From an uncultured Pseudomonas sp. (GTDB taxonomy: Bacteria > Pseudomonadota > Gammaproteobacteria > Pseudomonadales > Pseudomonadaceae), in NCBI GenBank assembly GCA_964518735.1, contig CAZFKQ010000015.1, positions 16,979 to 80,978 of the forward strand: 64,000 nucleotides of DNA, given 5' to 3'. The notes beneath the pieces are model-generated. The model ran no database searches and had not been told where the DNA came from. It saw only the letters and a program-made list of their open reading frames with translations. The translations under genes were made by a program, and so were the position numbers. Shown piece by piece: positions 40,596 to 50,078 of this stretch (positions are counted from its first letter, which is position 1; every line of letters starts with the position of its first letter).

Positions 40596-40647
40596 ATCAG
40601 TTGTATGTCGCTTTGCCGGATGTTTTTCGGCAAAATGGCGCCCGCAA

Positions 40648-40723
40648 GCCGGTGTAGCTCAGTCGGTAGAGCAGCGCACTCGTAACGCGAAGGTCGCAGG
40701 TTCGATTCCTGTCTCCGGCACCA
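40648..40723 (+). tRNA. tRNA-Thr(CGT)
   Basis: 76 nt, loop CTCGTAA, TTCGA T-loop, CCA end; has stem mismatches. Confidence 0.92.
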
Positions 40724-40728
40724 GATGC

Positions 40729-40758
40729 AAAAAAGCCCGCCTATTGGCGGGCTTTTTC
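40729..40758. terminator. Bidirectional terminator
   Basis: AAAAAAGCCCGCC-TATT-GGCGGGCTTTTT. Confidence 0.85.
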
Positions 40759-40771
40759 ATGGCTGGAGTTT

Positions 40772-41620
40772 TTACAGGCTCAAGCGCATCGACAGGTCGA
40801 TGGCTTTGATGTCCTTGGTCAGGCTGCCGATGGAGATGTAGTCCACGCCGGTTTCGGCGATGGTGCGCAGGGTGCTTTCGTTGATACCGCCGGAGGCTTC
40901 CAGCTTGGCGCGGCCAGCAGTGATGTTCACGGCGGTGCGCATATCGGCCAGGCTGAGCTCGTCGAGCATGATGATGTCGGCACCGGCATCCAGAGCCTGC
41001 TGCAGTTCGGTCAGGCTCTCCACTTCAACTTCCACCGGTTTGCCGGGTGCAATCTGGTGGGCAGCGGCAATGGCCTGAGCGATGCCGCCACAGGCGGCAA
41101 TATGGTTTTCCTTGATCAGGAAGGCGTCATAGAGGCCGATGCGGTGGTTATGGCAGCCGCCGCAAGTGACGGCATATTTTTGCGCCAGGCGCAGGCCGGG
41201 TAGGGTCTTGCGGGTGTCGAGCAATTTGACCTGGGTGTCTTTGATCAGGTCGGCAAAATGTTGGCAGCGTGTGGCGACAGCGGACAGGCTTTGCAGAAAG
41301 TTCAGTGCACTGCGCTCGCCGCTGAGCAGGGCGCGGGCCGGGCCTTCCAGATGAAAGAGTGGCTGGTTGGCGTCTGCTCGCTGGCCATCTGTTACTTGCC
41401 AGTGCACGGCGACCCGCGGGTCGAGTTGGCGGAACACTTCGTCAACCCAGGCCGTTCCAGCAATAACTGCGCGCTCGCGGGTGATAATAGTGGCGTGGGC
41501 CAGGCGCTCCGCTGGGATCAGCTGGGCGGTGATGTCGCCACTGCCGATATCTTCACGCAGTGCTGCGCGGACATTGGCTTGGATTTCGGCGCCGAGGTCG
41601 GCAAGGATGAGGTTGGGCAT
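40772..41620 (-). CDS. nadC: Quinolinate phosphoribosyltransferase
   Basis: [39 protein letters not shown]. Confidence 0.97.
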   Translation of the reverse strand: MPNLILADLGAEIQANVRAALREDIGSGDITAQLIPAERLAHATIITRERAVIAGTAWVDEVFRQLDPRVAVHWQVTDGQRADANQPLFHLEGPARALLSGERSALNFLQSLSAVATRCQHFADLIKDTQVKLLDTRKTLPGLRLAQKYAVTCGGCHNHRIGLYDAFLIKENHIAACGGIAQAIAAAHQIAPGKPVEVEVESLTELQQALDAGADIIMLDELSLADMRTAVNITAGRAKLEASGGINESTLRTIAETGVDYISIGSLTKDIKAIDLSMRLSL

Positions 41621-41932
41621 GGCGGCCTCCGCAGTCTGGTGGCGCGATTATAGGGATAGCCGACAGCTGGTGCAGGAGGTATGCAGGAGAAACCTGCTCT
41701 TTCTGCTAGATAGATAGGGTGCGTTGGTCGCTCGTGGATGACCGTCCGTTGGTTCATCTTGCTGGCGCTGTGATGCAGGTCATGTCTGCGCTAAAGGGTA
41801 TTTGGTCATCCTGTATGTGTCCCTATAATAAGGTTGGCCATAAACTTTGGCGCCAAGTATTTGACGTCATGGATGGCGCCCTGTTGATCGTTGGCAGATT
41901 GCTCTGAATCGGCAACCTGCGGGAGACATGCA

Positions 41933-44263
41933 ATGCAGACCGACGCGAAAGTGGTGCACCTGAACAAGGCTGCCCCTGAGCACTCGCCAACTTCGCAGGC
42001 AGGAAGGCTTCCCGTGGCCCTAACTCAGGTACGCGACAAGGCAGCACAGCAACTCAAGCTGGCGCTGCAGGCACTGTTCGATAATGCCGATGATACGTTG
42101 TTCGAGATGGCTGACCGCGCCGCCAGCAACGCCGAACAGAACGCTTTCTTCGAGGCTATGCGCGATTTACGTCTGAAGCGTAAATCTATCGAGCGTGGCT
42201 TCCTGCAGAAGGTCTTTGAAAGCTTTGCCACCCTCAATCAATACGAGATCGGCAAGGCGCCGCAGTTGGGTGCGGTGTCTTTCGAGAGCCTTTCTCTGGT
42301 CCAGGATGATGTGCTGGAAGAGTCGGTGGCGCTGGATGCCATGGTCGCGCGCGTCATCAGTCGTGATGGCACAGCCCTGACGCACCTGACCACGCGGCTG
42401 AATACGTTGATCAGCCAAAAATTGGAAGACAAGAGCAACCCTCTCGGGCCGCGCGCGCTGTGCGAGCAATTCATGGCGCTCTGTGCGGGGCTGGGTGTGG
42501 AAATTCGCATCAAGCTGATCGTGCTCAAGCTCTTCGAAAAATACGTACTGGCCGATCTTGACCAACTGTATGCCGCTGCCAACCAGCAATTGGTCGAGCA
42601 GGGTGTATTGCCCGAGCTCAAGTCGGCGCCACCGGTCCGCCGTTCGACGCCCGGACGAACTGCGCCTGGCAATCGTGCGGCCCGCGAAGCTTCGGCAGCT
42701 GGTGAAGGCGGTGCTGCCGCCTTTGCTGATGAAAGCGTGCAGGAGGTATTTGGTGCCCTGCAGGAGTTGCTCGCTGAGGTGCGTGGCAGTGCTGCTCTGC
42801 CGCGGCGTGAGGCACCGGCTGATGCAGTGCCGATCTCCAGTAATGATCTGATGCGTTTGCTGTCGCACATGCAGCAGCGCTTGCCGGCTGGCAGTGGTGG
42901 CGGGCAGGACACCGATGACTTCGATCTGCGTAACCAGCTCGAGCAATTGCTGACACGTGCCAGTGCCAAAAGTGGCAAGGCGCGCGTGGTCGGCGAGATT
43001 GATGAGGATGTGATCAACCTGGTCTCGATGCTGTTCGAGTTCATTCTTGATGATCGCACCCTGCCAGACTCGTTGAAGGCGCTGATTGGGCGTCTGCAGA
43101 TTCCCATGCTCAAGGTTGCTGTACTGGATAAAACCTTCTTCAGTCGTGGCAGCCATCCGGCGCGTCGTCTGCTCAATGAGATCGCTTCCGCAGCTCTGGG
43201 TTGGAGCACGCAGGATGATGCGCAGCGGGATACCTTGTTCCAGCGCATCGAGCAGGTGGTTCAGCGGTTGCTCAATGACTTCACCGACGATCCGAGCATT
43301 TTTTCCGATCTGCTCGCCGAGTTCCTGGCTTTTACCGGTGATGAGCGCCGGCGTAGTGATCTGCTGGAGCAGCGTACGCGGGATGCCGAGGAAGGCCGCG
43401 CCCGGGCCGAACTTGCTCGCCAGCAGGTTGAGCAGGCGCTGAACGAGCGGCTGCTGGGCAAGACTCTGCCGGAAGTCGTGGTGCGTCTGCTGCAAGAGGG
43501 CTGGAGCAAGGTGCTGCAGCTGACGTGTCTGAAGCATGGTAGCGAGTCGGCCGAATGGCAGGCAGCGCTGGTGGTCATGGATGATCTGGTCTGGAGTGTC
43601 GAGCCGCATGAGGAACAGGAAGATCGGTTGCGTCTGCTGGAGCTGGTGCCGAACCTGTTGAAAGCGCTGCGCGAGGGGCTGGCTGGGGCGGCTATCGATC
43701 CGTTTGTTACCAGCGAGTTCTTCAGCCAGCTGGAGTCCGTGCATGTGCAGGCGTTTCAGCGCTTCAAGCGTGTCGCGCCTGAGCCGGAGCCGGCGCAGTT
43801 GCTTGCGCCAGCAGATGATTTGTCGGCCGAGCCTGGCGTAGAAGTGGTACCTGTACTTGAACTGCCGGCTGTCGAGCCCGAATTGCCAGCGCCGGCCATG
43901 GTCGAGGTGGTCGAGGAAATCGTGCTGCTGGCGCCAGGTGAGGTGCGTGAACGCGAGCCTGAATCCAGTTTGCCGGATGATGACGAGGCTTTGCTGCAGG
44001 TTGATGGGTTGCGCGTGGGTAGCTGGGTGGAAATCCAGGAAGATGAGGAGCACAAGCTGCGCTGCAAGCTGGCAGCGATCATCAAGCCGACGGGCAAGTA
44101 CATCTTCGTTAACCGCACCGGCATGAAGGTGCTGGAGAAAACCCGCATGGGCTTGGCGGTTGAATTTCGTCGTGCGGCGATTCGCATGCTTGACGATGCC
44201 TTGCTGTTCGACCGGGCGCTGGAATCGGTGATCGGTAATCTGCGCAAGCTCAAGAGCACCTGA
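41933..44263 (+). CDS. DUF1631-family protein, paralog 2
   Basis: DVINLVSMLFEFILDD...PMLKVAV...HPARRLLN; CKLAAIIKPTGKYIFVN; between nadC and ampD. Confidence 0.85.
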   Translation: MQTDAKVVHLNKAAPEHSPTSQAGRLPVALTQVRDKAAQQLKLALQALFDNADDTLFEMADRAASNAEQNAFFEAMRDLRLKRKSIERGFLQKVFESFATLNQYEIGKAPQLGAVSFESLSLVQDDVLEESVALDAMVARVISRDGTALTHLTTRLNTLISQKLEDKSNPLGPRALCEQFMALCAGLGVEIRIKLIVLKLFEKYVLADLDQLYAAANQQLVEQGVLPELKSAPPVRRSTPGRTAPGNRAAREASAAGEGGAAAFADESVQEVFGALQELLAEVRGSAALPRREAPADAVPISSNDLMRLLSHMQQRLPAGSGGGQDTDDFDLRNQLEQLLTRASAKSGKARVVGEIDEDVINLVSMLFEFILDDRTLPDSLKALIGRLQIPMLKVAVLDKTFFSRGSHPARRLLNEIASAALGWSTQDDAQRDTLFQRIEQVVQRLLNDFTDDPSIFSDLLAEFLAFTGDERRRSDLLEQRTRDAEEGRARAELARQQVEQALNERLLGKTLPEVVVRLLQEGWSKVLQLTCLKHGSESAEWQAALVVMDDLVWSVEPHEEQEDRLRLLELVPNLLKALREGLAGAAIDPFVTSEFFSQLESVHVQAFQRFKRVAPEPEPAQLLAPADDLSAEPGVEVVPVLELPAVEPELPAPAMVEVVEEIVLLAPGEVREREPESSLPDDDEALLQVDGLRVGSWVEIQEDEEHKLRCKLAAIIKPTGKYIFVNRTGMKVLEKTRMGLAVEFRRAAIRMLDDALLFDRALESVIGNLRKLKST

Positions 44264-44361
44264 GTTCTGTGGTGCTCCCGCAGCGCCCGGCCTTTGCCGG
44301 GCGTTGTCGTTTTCAGGGCACGGCTATCTGCTACAGTGGCCAAACTGTTCAAGGAGCCCTT

Positions 44362-44922
44362 ATGCAGTTGGACCCTATCAGCGGTTGGTATGCCGATGCG
44401 CAGCGCTGCCCTTCGCCGAATTGCAATGCGCGCCCGCAGGGCGAGATTTCTCTGCTGGTGATCCACAACATCAGCCTGCCACCCGGCCAGTTTGGTACCG
44501 GTAAGGTGCAGCAGTTCTTTCAGAATCAGCTGCCGGTGGACGAACATCCGTATTTCGCTGGGATAGCGCACCTTCAGGTTTCGGCGCATTTCCTCATCGA
44601 GCGTGACGGTGCGGTTACCCAGTTTGTCTCCTGTAATGAGCGCGCCTGGCATGCGGGTGTTTCCAGCTTCGCTGGGCGTGAAAACTGTAACGATTATTCC
44701 CTGGGTATCGAACTGGAAGGCACCGATGATCAGCCATTCAGTGATGCCCAGTACGTGGCGTTGGCTACTTTGTCCCGTCAGTTACTGCAGGCTTATCCCG
44801 CGCTCACTATCGAGCGTATTTGCGGGCACAGCGACATCGCCCCAGGGCGCAAGACCGATCCCGGTCCTAATTTTGATTGGCCTCGCCTGCGCGCGGCCCT
44901 GCTCAATCAAGGAGAGCGCTAG
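44362..44922 (+). CDS. ampD: 1,6-anhydro-MurNAc-L-alanine amidase
   Basis: SPNCNARP, VIHNISLPPG, VSAHFLI, AWHAG, GHSDIAPGRKTDPG. Confidence 0.96.
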   Translation: MQLDPISGWYADAQRCPSPNCNARPQGEISLLVIHNISLPPGQFGTGKVQQFFQNQLPVDEHPYFAGIAHLQVSAHFLIERDGAVTQFVSCNERAWHAGVSSFAGRENCNDYSLGIELEGTDDQPFSDAQYVALATLSRQLLQAYPALTIERICGHSDIAPGRKTDPGPNFDWPRLRAALLNQGER

Positions 44923-45753
44923 ATGAACTTTCTGGTACTGCTGCTGATGCTCTGGGTGGAGAAGTTCTCTGCCGGGCGTCGGCGTATCCAGCAGGATGGC
45001 TTGTGGCTGCAGCAGTTGGCCAAGGTCGAACTCAGTCATCAAGGGGCTCCCTGGATTGCTCTGGCTCTGCTGGTGGTGCTGCCGCTGCTGGTGCTCGGTG
45101 GCTTGCTGCTGATTCTTGAGTCCGTAGCCTATGGCTGGCTGGCGCTGCCCGTGCATCTGCTGGTGTTGGTCTACAGCCTGGGGCGTGGCGATGTGCTGGC
45201 TGCTCTGGGGCCGTTCCGAGATGCCTGGCGACGGGGTGATGATCAAGCGGCGCTGCATGTGGCCGAACGCGATCTGGGTCTGGAAGCCGATAGCGAAGCC
45301 GAACTGCTGGTGCGTGTTCAGGGCTATGAGCTGTGGCAGGCCTATCAGGGGTTCTTTGCGGTGATCTTCTGGTATGCGTTGCTTGGTCCGTTGGTGCCGC
45401 TTGTTTATCGGCTACTGGCGTTGACGACCGAGCACGCGACCCAGGCTGATCTGGCTGAGCGGGCCGGGCAACTGCGACATGCTCTGGATTGGTTGCCGGT
45501 GCGGGTGCTGGCCGCCAGTTTTGCTCTGGTTGGCAACTTTGCCGCCGTCAGTCGTGCGGTCTTGCATGACCTGCTGAGCTGGGAACTGGCTGCGCAGCAA
45601 CTCCTGGTCAATGCCGGGCGTGCCGCCGGCGAGTTGCCGGAACCTCAGGCGGGTGAGCCAGGCGTCAACAGCCTGGATGAGCTATGGCAGCTGCTGGTGC
45701 GTGCCGCGATGCTCTGGTACGCCGCGTTTGCTGTATGGATTCTGCTGCTCTAG
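44923..45753 (+). CDS. ampE: AmpE membrane protein
   Basis: Abuts ampD; FFAVIFWY, LDWLPVR. Confidence 0.88.
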   Translation: MNFLVLLLMLWVEKFSAGRRRIQQDGLWLQQLAKVELSHQGAPWIALALLVVLPLLVLGGLLLILESVAYGWLALPVHLLVLVYSLGRGDVLAALGPFRDAWRRGDDQAALHVAERDLGLEADSEAELLVRVQGYELWQAYQGFFAVIFWYALLGPLVPLVYRLLALTTEHATQADLAERAGQLRHALDWLPVRVLAASFALVGNFAAVSRAVLHDLLSWELAAQQLLVNAGRAAGELPEPQAGEPGVNSLDELWQLLVRAAMLWYAAFAVWILLL

Positions 45754-45757
45754 TGCC

Positions 45758-46648
45758 CTAAGGCCAAAGCCAGGCGGCGCCGCGCACCCCGCTGGAGTCG
45801 CCGTGGCGAGCTGGCAGCAGGCGGGTGTTGACCTGGTCGGAGAACACATGGCGTACCAGCAATGGCGGCACCTGCTGATATAGCGCCGGAATGTTCGACA
45901 GGCCACCGCCAAGCACGATCACCTGTGGGTCGAGGATGTTGATCACCGAGGCCAGACTGCGTGCCAGCTGCTCGCAATAGTGCTGCAGCGCTTGTTGAGC
46001 GGCGGGCTCGCCCGCCTGTGCAGCCCTGGCCAGTTGCTCGGTCGTCAGGCCCAGTGCGCTGCGAGCAGCCCAGCCCGGGCCACTGAGAAAGGTTTCGATG
46101 CAGTCATCCAGGCCGCAATAGCAGCGTCTTGCCGGGCCATCAGCTGGGCAACGCCAGGGCAGCGCGTTATGCCCCCATTCACCCGCAATGGCGTTTGGTC
46201 CGCCGAGCAGGCGACCATGAATGACGATGCCGCCGCCAACACCGGTGCCAAGAATCACGCCGAATACACTGTCGGCTCCTGCCCCGGCCCCATCGCTGGC
46301 TTCCGACAGGGCAAAGCAGTCGGCATCGTTGGCCAGGCGTATTGGTCGCTGTAGCAGTTGCTCCAGATCGCCTTGCAGGTCCTGACCAATCAGGCACACC
46401 GAGTTGGCATTCTTGATACGTCCGTGGTCCGGGGAGCGTGTGCCGGGTATGCCGATGCCGACGCTGCCGCTGCTGCCCAGTTCATGCTCGGCTTGGCGGA
46501 CCAGCTGCGCGATGGTTTGCAGGGTGGCGACATAGTCACCTTGAGGGGTTGGCAGGCGGCGGCGTAACCGCTCGTCGGAGCCTTGCAGGGCGATGATTTC
46601 AGTCTTGGTGCCACCCAGATCAATGCCGAAGCGAAACTGTGCGCGCAT
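45758..46648 (-). CDS. ROK-family sugar kinase (Mak/fructokinase-like)
   Basis: IDLGGTK, NDADC, GTGVGGG, GEWGH, CYCGLDDCIETF zinc motif. Confidence 0.88.
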   Translation of the reverse strand: MRAQFRFGIDLGGTKTEIIALQGSDERLRRRLPTPQGDYVATLQTIAQLVRQAEHELGSSGSVGIGIPGTRSPDHGRIKNANSVCLIGQDLQGDLEQLLQRPIRLANDADCFALSEASDGAGAGADSVFGVILGTGVGGGIVIHGRLLGGPNAIAGEWGHNALPWRCPADGPARRCYCGLDDCIETFLSGPGWAARSALGLTTEQLARAAQAGEPAAQQALQHYCEQLARSLASVINILDPQVIVLGGGLSNIPALYQQVPPLLVRHVFSDQVNTRLLPARHGDSSGVRGAAWLWP

Positions 46649-46656
46649 TCTTAACC

Positions 46657-46682
46657 TTAAGTTACAGAGGTTGAGGTCGATA
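46657..46682 (+). promoter_or_regulatory. Possible sigma28 (FliA) promoter for the MCP gene
   Basis: TTAAG-N14-GTCGATA versus consensus TCAAG-N14-GCCGATA; about 220 nt upstream of the start. Confidence 0.4.
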
Positions 46683-46900
46683 TCCGGTATACAGCATGCC
46701 TAGGGGCGTGCGCTTGCTTGAGTGCTACCCCCGGCTAGAACTGTTCCCGATCCTTTGTGTGCTGACTGCCACGCATGCAAGCGATTCTTTCCATGAACCA
46801 TGAACAGCTTCTACGATTCAGTAGTATCAGTACCTTGCCGTTTCATCTGCCGGTCTGCTCCCGTCTGGCACACAACAATAATGGCAACAGGAGACATTGA

Positions 46901-48931
46901 GTGAATAGCGTGTTGTATCCCGCCATTGCGCTGATGAACCGTATGAGCTTCGGCATGAAGTTCAGCCTGATCAGTGTGCTTTTTTTCCTGCCGATGTCGG
47001 TGACCAACTTCTATCTGGTGCGCGACTCCTACCACGAGTTCGTCGATACCCGGTCGGAATTGCAGAGCCTCGAATTGCTCAAGCAGAGCCTGAAGATGCG
47101 CCAGGAACTGGAGCGTCTGAACGATCTGCTGGAGATCAATGCGGTGCTCGGTCAGTCCGGTGAATCGGAAAAACTGGTCGCGCAGATTCGTCAGCTGGAA
47201 ACCAGCATCAACAGCACCCTGGAAGCCCTGCAGCCGAGCAGCAGTGATGCGCAGAAGGTCGAGGAGTTCAACGCTCAGCGCGACAGCATCAAAGCTGCAC
47301 TCGACGCGGTTAAGCAAGAGTCCTCACAGCGCAGCAAGGCCGGCCTGGTAGTCAAGGCGCTGGATAATGCCGAGGTATTCATCAAGTTCGTCGCCAGCCA
47401 GTCCGGGCTCAGCCAGGATAGCGAGCTGACCGTCAGGCAGATGGCTGAGCTGCTGACCAGTGTCACTCCACCGGTGACCAAAGCCCTGAGTAAGGGGCGT
47501 GCACTGGGTTCCTATTCTCTCGGTCAGGGCATTCTCGGTTCTTCTGACAGCACCAAGCTCGACGAGCTGTTGCTGGAGCTGGAAAAACTGCATGCCGAAT
47601 ATGGTTTCAAGATCCAGAACGCCCTGCAGGGTAATGCCCAGGCGCAGAAGAACCTGTCCAGCCTGGCCGAAGCCAGTCGCAATGCCTTGACGGAGGCGGG
47701 CACCCAGTTGGAAGACAGCATCCTCATGGCGGATACCCTGGATGCGCCGTGGCAAGGCTTCTTCGACCAGATGAGTGCCGGCATCGACAAGACCTATGTG
47801 CTCAACGATGCGGTGCTGGCTTTCCTCGATCAGGATCTGAGCCAGCGCCTGGAAGCCAAGCGCGTACAGATGGTGCTGCTAGTGGCTGCCCTGGTACTGG
47901 TGTTCCTGCTGATCGGCTACCTGTATGGCGGCTTCTACGTGTCGACCCGGACCACGCTCAAGGGCTTCGGTAAAACCCTGGGCCAGGTCGCTGCCGGCGA
48001 CATGACGGTCAAGGTCAACGTCAAAAGCCAGGACGAGTTGGGCGAGCTGGGCCAGGTATTCAATGGCACCGTGGCGAAGATTCGCGACCTGATTGAGTTG
48101 GTTGGCCAGACTGTTACCGAAGTCGAGCGTCAGGCCGATCGTGTCGAGCTGGTCTCAGGTGAGAGCAGCCAGGCGGTAAACGCCCAGCGCGGACAGATCG
48201 AGCAGGTGGCCACGGCGATGAACCAGATGTCTGCCACCGCCCAAGAGGTGGCGCGCAGCGCTGCCGCCGCGGTGGACAGCGCGCAGAGTGTGAATAATGA
48301 AACCGTCAGCGGCCGCGCCATGGTCGAGTCGCAGGTGGGCAGCATCCAGCGCCTAGCCAGCGAGATTGATCAGTCGGTCAGTGTGATCAACCAGCTGGCG
48401 GCTGACAGCGCGTCGATCAGCCGAGTGCTGGAAGTGATCAAGGGCATCGCTGGGCAGACCAACTTGCTCGCGCTCAACGCCGCCATCGAGGCAGCGCGTG
48501 CCGGTGAGCAAGGCCGTGGTTTTGCCGTGGTGGCGGACGAGGTGCGCAACCTGGCCAAGCGCACCCACCAGTCCACTGAAGAAATCGAGCAGATGATCGG
48601 CCGCCTGCAAAATGGTGTGGGTGCCACGGTCACGGCAATGAACGGCAGCCATCAGATGGTGGAAAACACCGTCAGCCAGTCGGCCAGTGTGCAGCAGGCG
48701 CTGGAGAACATCCTTGGCGCGGTGGGCATGATCGTTGATCAAAACCAGCAGATTGCTGCCGCTGCCGAACAGCAGACTGCAGTGGCCCACGATATCGACA
48801 TGAACATCGTCGAGATTAACCAGGCTGGCGAGCGCACGGCTGAAGGCGCAGTGCAGACCGAGCAGGCCAGTCGTCAGTTGTCCGACCAGGTCAGTCGTCT
48901 GAAGGAGCTGATCAGCGCGTTCCGCGTCTGA
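46901..48931 (+). CDS. Methyl-accepting chemotaxis protein
   Basis: Two TMs, large periplasmic domain, [38 protein letters not shown]; GTG start. Confidence 0.95.
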   Translation: MNSVLYPAIALMNRMSFGMKFSLISVLFFLPMSVTNFYLVRDSYHEFVDTRSELQSLELLKQSLKMRQELERLNDLLEINAVLGQSGESEKLVAQIRQLETSINSTLEALQPSSSDAQKVEEFNAQRDSIKAALDAVKQESSQRSKAGLVVKALDNAEVFIKFVASQSGLSQDSELTVRQMAELLTSVTPPVTKALSKGRALGSYSLGQGILGSSDSTKLDELLLELEKLHAEYGFKIQNALQGNAQAQKNLSSLAEASRNALTEAGTQLEDSILMADTLDAPWQGFFDQMSAGIDKTYVLNDAVLAFLDQDLSQRLEAKRVQMVLLVAALVLVFLLIGYLYGGFYVSTRTTLKGFGKTLGQVAAGDMTVKVNVKSQDELGELGQVFNGTVAKIRDLIELVGQTVTEVERQADRVELVSGESSQAVNAQRGQIEQVATAMNQMSATAQEVARSAAAAVDSAQSVNNETVSGRAMVESQVGSIQRLASEIDQSVSVINQLAADSASISRVLEVIKGIAGQTNLLALNAAIEAARAGEQGRGFAVVADEVRNLAKRTHQSTEEIEQMIGRLQNGVGATVTAMNGSHQMVENTVSQSASVQQALENILGAVGMIVDQNQQIAAAAEQQTAVAHDIDMNIVEINQAGERTAEGAVQTEQASRQLSDQVSRLKELISAFRV

Positions 48932-48945
48932 TCCGCGGCGTTAAT

Positions 48946-48977
48946 CGACAAGGCCCGCCTATTGGCGGGCCTTGTCG
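48946..48977. terminator. 14-bp perfect hairpin between convergent genes
   Basis: CGACAAGGCCCGCC-TATT-GGCGGGCCTTGTCG. Confidence 0.7.
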
Positions 48978-49007
48978 CATCTGGAGGGCCCTGTTTGGGG
49001 AGCGTTG

Positions 49008-49076
49008 CGTAGCCCGGGAGCAATCCGGGGTGGTGGCTCGGTGTGAGTAACCCTCCCGGATTGCTCCCGGGCTACG
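49008..49076. repeat. REP-like doublet (GTAGCCCGG family)
   Basis: CGTAGCCCGGGAGCAATCCGGG inverted against CCCGGATTGCTCCCGGGCTACG. Confidence 0.85.
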
Positions 49077-49860
49077 AAGCTGATGCCCAGCCGAATAGCT
49101 CGGCGGCGTTGCGGCTACTGGCCGTGGCCAGTTCTTCCGCGCTGATGCCCCGCAGCTCGGCCAGGGCACTGCAGATATCCGGGAGGAACTCCGGGCTGTT
49201 GCGCTGGTTGGGGTGCATGGCCGGCGCCATATCGGGTGAGTCGGTTTCCAGCACGATGGCGTCCAACGGCAGGCGCGCCACGACCTGGCGCAGACGTAGC
49301 GCCTGTGGCCAGGTTGGCGCGCCGCCAAGGCCGAGCTTGAAACCCAGTTTGAGGTATTCGCGGGCCTCCTCGTAACTGCCGGCGAACGCATGGATGATGC
49401 CGCCACGCTTGAGGCGGTAGCGCTTGAGTGTGGCAATGGTCTGCGCGTGGGCGCGGCGCACGTGCAGGAGGGCCGGCAGTGCGAATTCGGCGGCCAGCTT
49501 CAGCTGTTCTTCGAACAGCACTTGCTGGTGCTGGCGGTCGAGTTGCTCCAGGAAGTAGTCCAGGCCGAACTCGCCGACAGCACAGAGCTGCGGATGGCCG
49601 GCCAGGCGCTCGAGCCAGTCGCGCAGCTCGCCCAAGTGTTCAGGCGCATGCTGCTGCAGATAAACCGGGTGTAGGCCGAAGGCGGCGTACAGGCCTCGGT
49701 CGCCTTGCACCAGCTGCCACAGGCGCTGCCAGTTGGCTTGGTGCACGCCGAGTATCACCATTTGCTCCACGCCCAGGGCGCGACTGCGCGCCAGTAGCTC
49801 GTTGCGGTCGGCATCGAAGTCGGGAAAGTCGAGGTGGGTGTGGGTGTCGATCAGGTGCAT
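49072..49860 (-). CDS. TatD-family hydrolase
   Basis: IDTHTHL, AVGEFGLD, LHVRRAH, IHAFAGS, LETDSPD. Confidence 0.92.
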   Translation of the reverse strand: MHLIDTHTHLDFPDFDADRNELLARSRALGVEQMVILGVHQANWQRLWQLVQGDRGLYAAFGLHPVYLQQHAPEHLGELRDWLERLAGHPQLCAVGEFGLDYFLEQLDRQHQQVLFEEQLKLAAEFALPALLHVRRAHAQTIATLKRYRLKRGGIIHAFAGSYEEAREYLKLGFKLGLGGAPTWPQALRLRQVVARLPLDAIVLETDSPDMAPAMHPNQRNSPEFLPDICSALAELRGISAEELATASSRNAAELFGWASAS

Positions 49861-49974
49861 GGGGCGTCGCCGGAACCAGTGCCGTCAGCATAGCGCCGGG
49901 AAGTGTGGATGCCCACGGCGACAGCCTGGGCGAGTTTGTTTATCCGCGATCTGCGCGTAAGCCTTGAGACATAT

Positions 49975-50010
49975 CCCTCTCCCCAACCCTCTCCCGTAAA
50001 CGGGAGAGGG
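49975..50010. repeat. CCCTCTCCC palindromic repeat
   Basis: CCCTCTCCCCAACCCTCTCCCGTAAACGGGAGAGGG; related copies at 58431-58570. Confidence 0.8.
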
Positions 50011-50078
50011 GGAAAAAGCGCTTCCCACCTGTCTCTACAAGTCGCTATAGCGCTGCACAAAAAGTCGCAAACAGGCTC

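Noticed and set aside
40729-48977. Shared 18-nt core GCCCGCCTATTGGCGGGC at about 40735 and 48953 as att or mobile-element ends
   Set aside because: Both are ordinary hairpins between convergent genes, and the DNA between them is core genes.
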